DNA of 64,000 nucleotides, taken from Synechococcus sp. GTDB taxonomy: Bacteria > Cyanobacteriota > Cyanobacteriia > PCC-6307 > Cyanobiaceae. The position numbers were made by a program, and so were the translations under genes. How positions within the stretch are numbered: position 1 is the stretch's first letter; each line of letters opens with the position of its first letter. The stretch covers positions 2,624,136 to 2,688,135 of the forward strand of contig JBJBDC010000001.1 in the NCBI GenBank assembly GCA_047285535.1. Reading direction: 5' to 3'. The notes under the pieces were generated by a model. That model was given only the letters and a program-made list of their open reading frames with translations, searched no databases and was not told the origin of the DNA. Below, in pieces: positions 62,957-64,000 of this stretch.

Positions 62957-63257
62957 TGCGTTGTTATCTGTCCTCGAGACGATCAGTCGTGATTGGCCAG
63001 ATCGTGTCCTGCGGTTACGAGGAACAGTGCAGTCAGCAGATTGTGTTGCTGAAGCGCTGGAGATCCTGATTTTTCGAGGTTTTAGTAGCTGCACCACCCA
63101 TCCAACAGACTTTGATCCGGACCGAACCGTGCTTCCTGATGGAGCCATGGTCGAAACCGCTGAATTGCTACGCGGGCCCCTGAATCCACAGCAGGAGGAG
63201 AGTTTGACCGGCCCACTTCCTGCACAGGCCTTGATGGACGTTGATGCTTGGCTCTGA
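62946..63257 (+). CDS. Conserved hypothetical protein
   Basis: ILIFRGFSSCTTHPTDFDPD..GPLNP is a conserved cyanobacterial-type motif. Overlaps the upstream stop. Confidence 0.7.
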   Translation: MSSDALLSVLETISRDWPDRVLRLRGTVQSADCVAEALEILIFRGFSSCTTHPTDFDPDRTVLPDGAMVETAELLRGPLNPQQEESLTGPLPAQALMDVDAWL

Positions 63258-63271
63258 GTGAATGCTGTTGA

Positions 63272-64000
63272 TCAGCGTCGAGCCAAGACAGAGACGCACC
63301 GACCACACAAGCTTGGATGGTCGCTGTGTTGACCGATGTCGTTTTCGTAGTGCCAGCAGCGCTCACACTTCTCACCCCGAGCCAGGGCAACTTCAATGGT
63401 GGCCAGCTCGTTATCATCGCTGCCAAGCAATTCAGCCCAGGGCTCGCCCCCGATTTGCAACTGGGACACCAGAAGCCAGTCTCGGAGGCCGTCCACGTCT
63501 TGATCACCATTGTTGAGGAGCCACTGGAGCGCGTCTTGGAGTGGTGGGTTCCGCGCTTCAATGCGGACGGCTGCTTCGAGTGATGCTCCTAGCTTCCTGT
63601 TACCTCGGCATTCTTCCAGCACTTTGTTCACCGCAGCGCGCAGTTCACGAAGCTCTTGCATTGGGCCGTTGAGGCTGTCATCGCGCCAAACCTCAGGCAC
63701 TGTGGGCCAGCCCCTCAGAAACACGGAATCAGCTCCAGTGGGATACGGGATGTTTTGCCAGATATCCTCAGCCATATGGCAAAGCACGGGGGCGATAGCT
63801 GCGGCGAGTCGTTCGATGATCAGGGCCATTACGGTCTGACAGCTGCGTCGCCTCCGGTCGGAGGGTGCACTGACGTAAAGCCTGTCTTTGGCAATGTCGA
63901 GGTAAAAGTTTGAGAGATCGGCGACGCAAAAGTTTTGCAGCAGCTGAAAAAATCGGAAAAATTCATAGCGTTCAAACGCTTCACTGATCTGGTCGAGTAC
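63272..64000 (-). CDS. ileS: Isoleucine--tRNA ligase, 3' part (5'-truncated by the window edge)
   Basis: Frame is open to the edge: DLSNFYLDIAKDRLY..RRSCQTV, APVLCHMAEDIW, zinc finger KCERCWHY..LCGRC. Confidence 0.96.
   Translation of the reverse strand, partial: VLDQISEAFERYEFFRFFQLLQNFCVADLSNFYLDIAKDRLYVSAPSDRRRRSCQTVMALIIERLAAAIAPVLCHMAEDIWQNIPYPTGADSVFLRGWPTVPEVWRDDSLNGPMQELRELRAAVNKVLEECRGNRKLGASLEAAVRIEARNPPLQDALQWLLNNGDQDVDGLRDWLLVSQLQIGGEPWAELLGSDDNELATIEVALARGEKCERCWHYENDIGQHSDHPSLCGRCVSVLARR

Overview
This is a 64-kb segment of a marine picocyanobacterial chromosome, most likely Synechococcus, judged from ntcA, amt1, psbK/psbI/psbN/psbH, thyX and the gene order. From about 7.4 kb to the end it is dense, syntenic core genome: rdgB, a phosphohexomutase, pyrE, tgt, cobS, a Hik2-like kinase, purH, ispH, amt1, sfsA, murJ, glyA, cinA, leuCD, tatA, pth, ntcA, rph, dcd, thyX, glmM, ictB, trmB and the 3' part of ileS. 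It also holds two tRNA genes and three small photosystem II genes (psbK, psbI, psbN) that the ORF track missed. The first ~7.4 kb is accessory and partly AT-rich. It carries the 3' part of a sensor kinase, a stand-alone receiver protein, a SIMPL protein and an MFS transporter. Manual translation also shows a decayed BCCT (betaine/choline-type) transporter gene split into two pieces around a second, opposite-strand decayed membrane-protein gene. I found no CRISPR array, integrase, transposase or prophage, and no convincing large novel system. The best leads are the nested pseudogenes, a possible PagL-like barrel inside the DUF3769/LptD-like protein, apparently degenerate catalytic motifs in the TM0106 nuclease and the CobO-like protein, and a translationally coupled FIST-trmB-ictB-kinase operon. 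All family calls come from recognising motifs by eye; no database searches were run.
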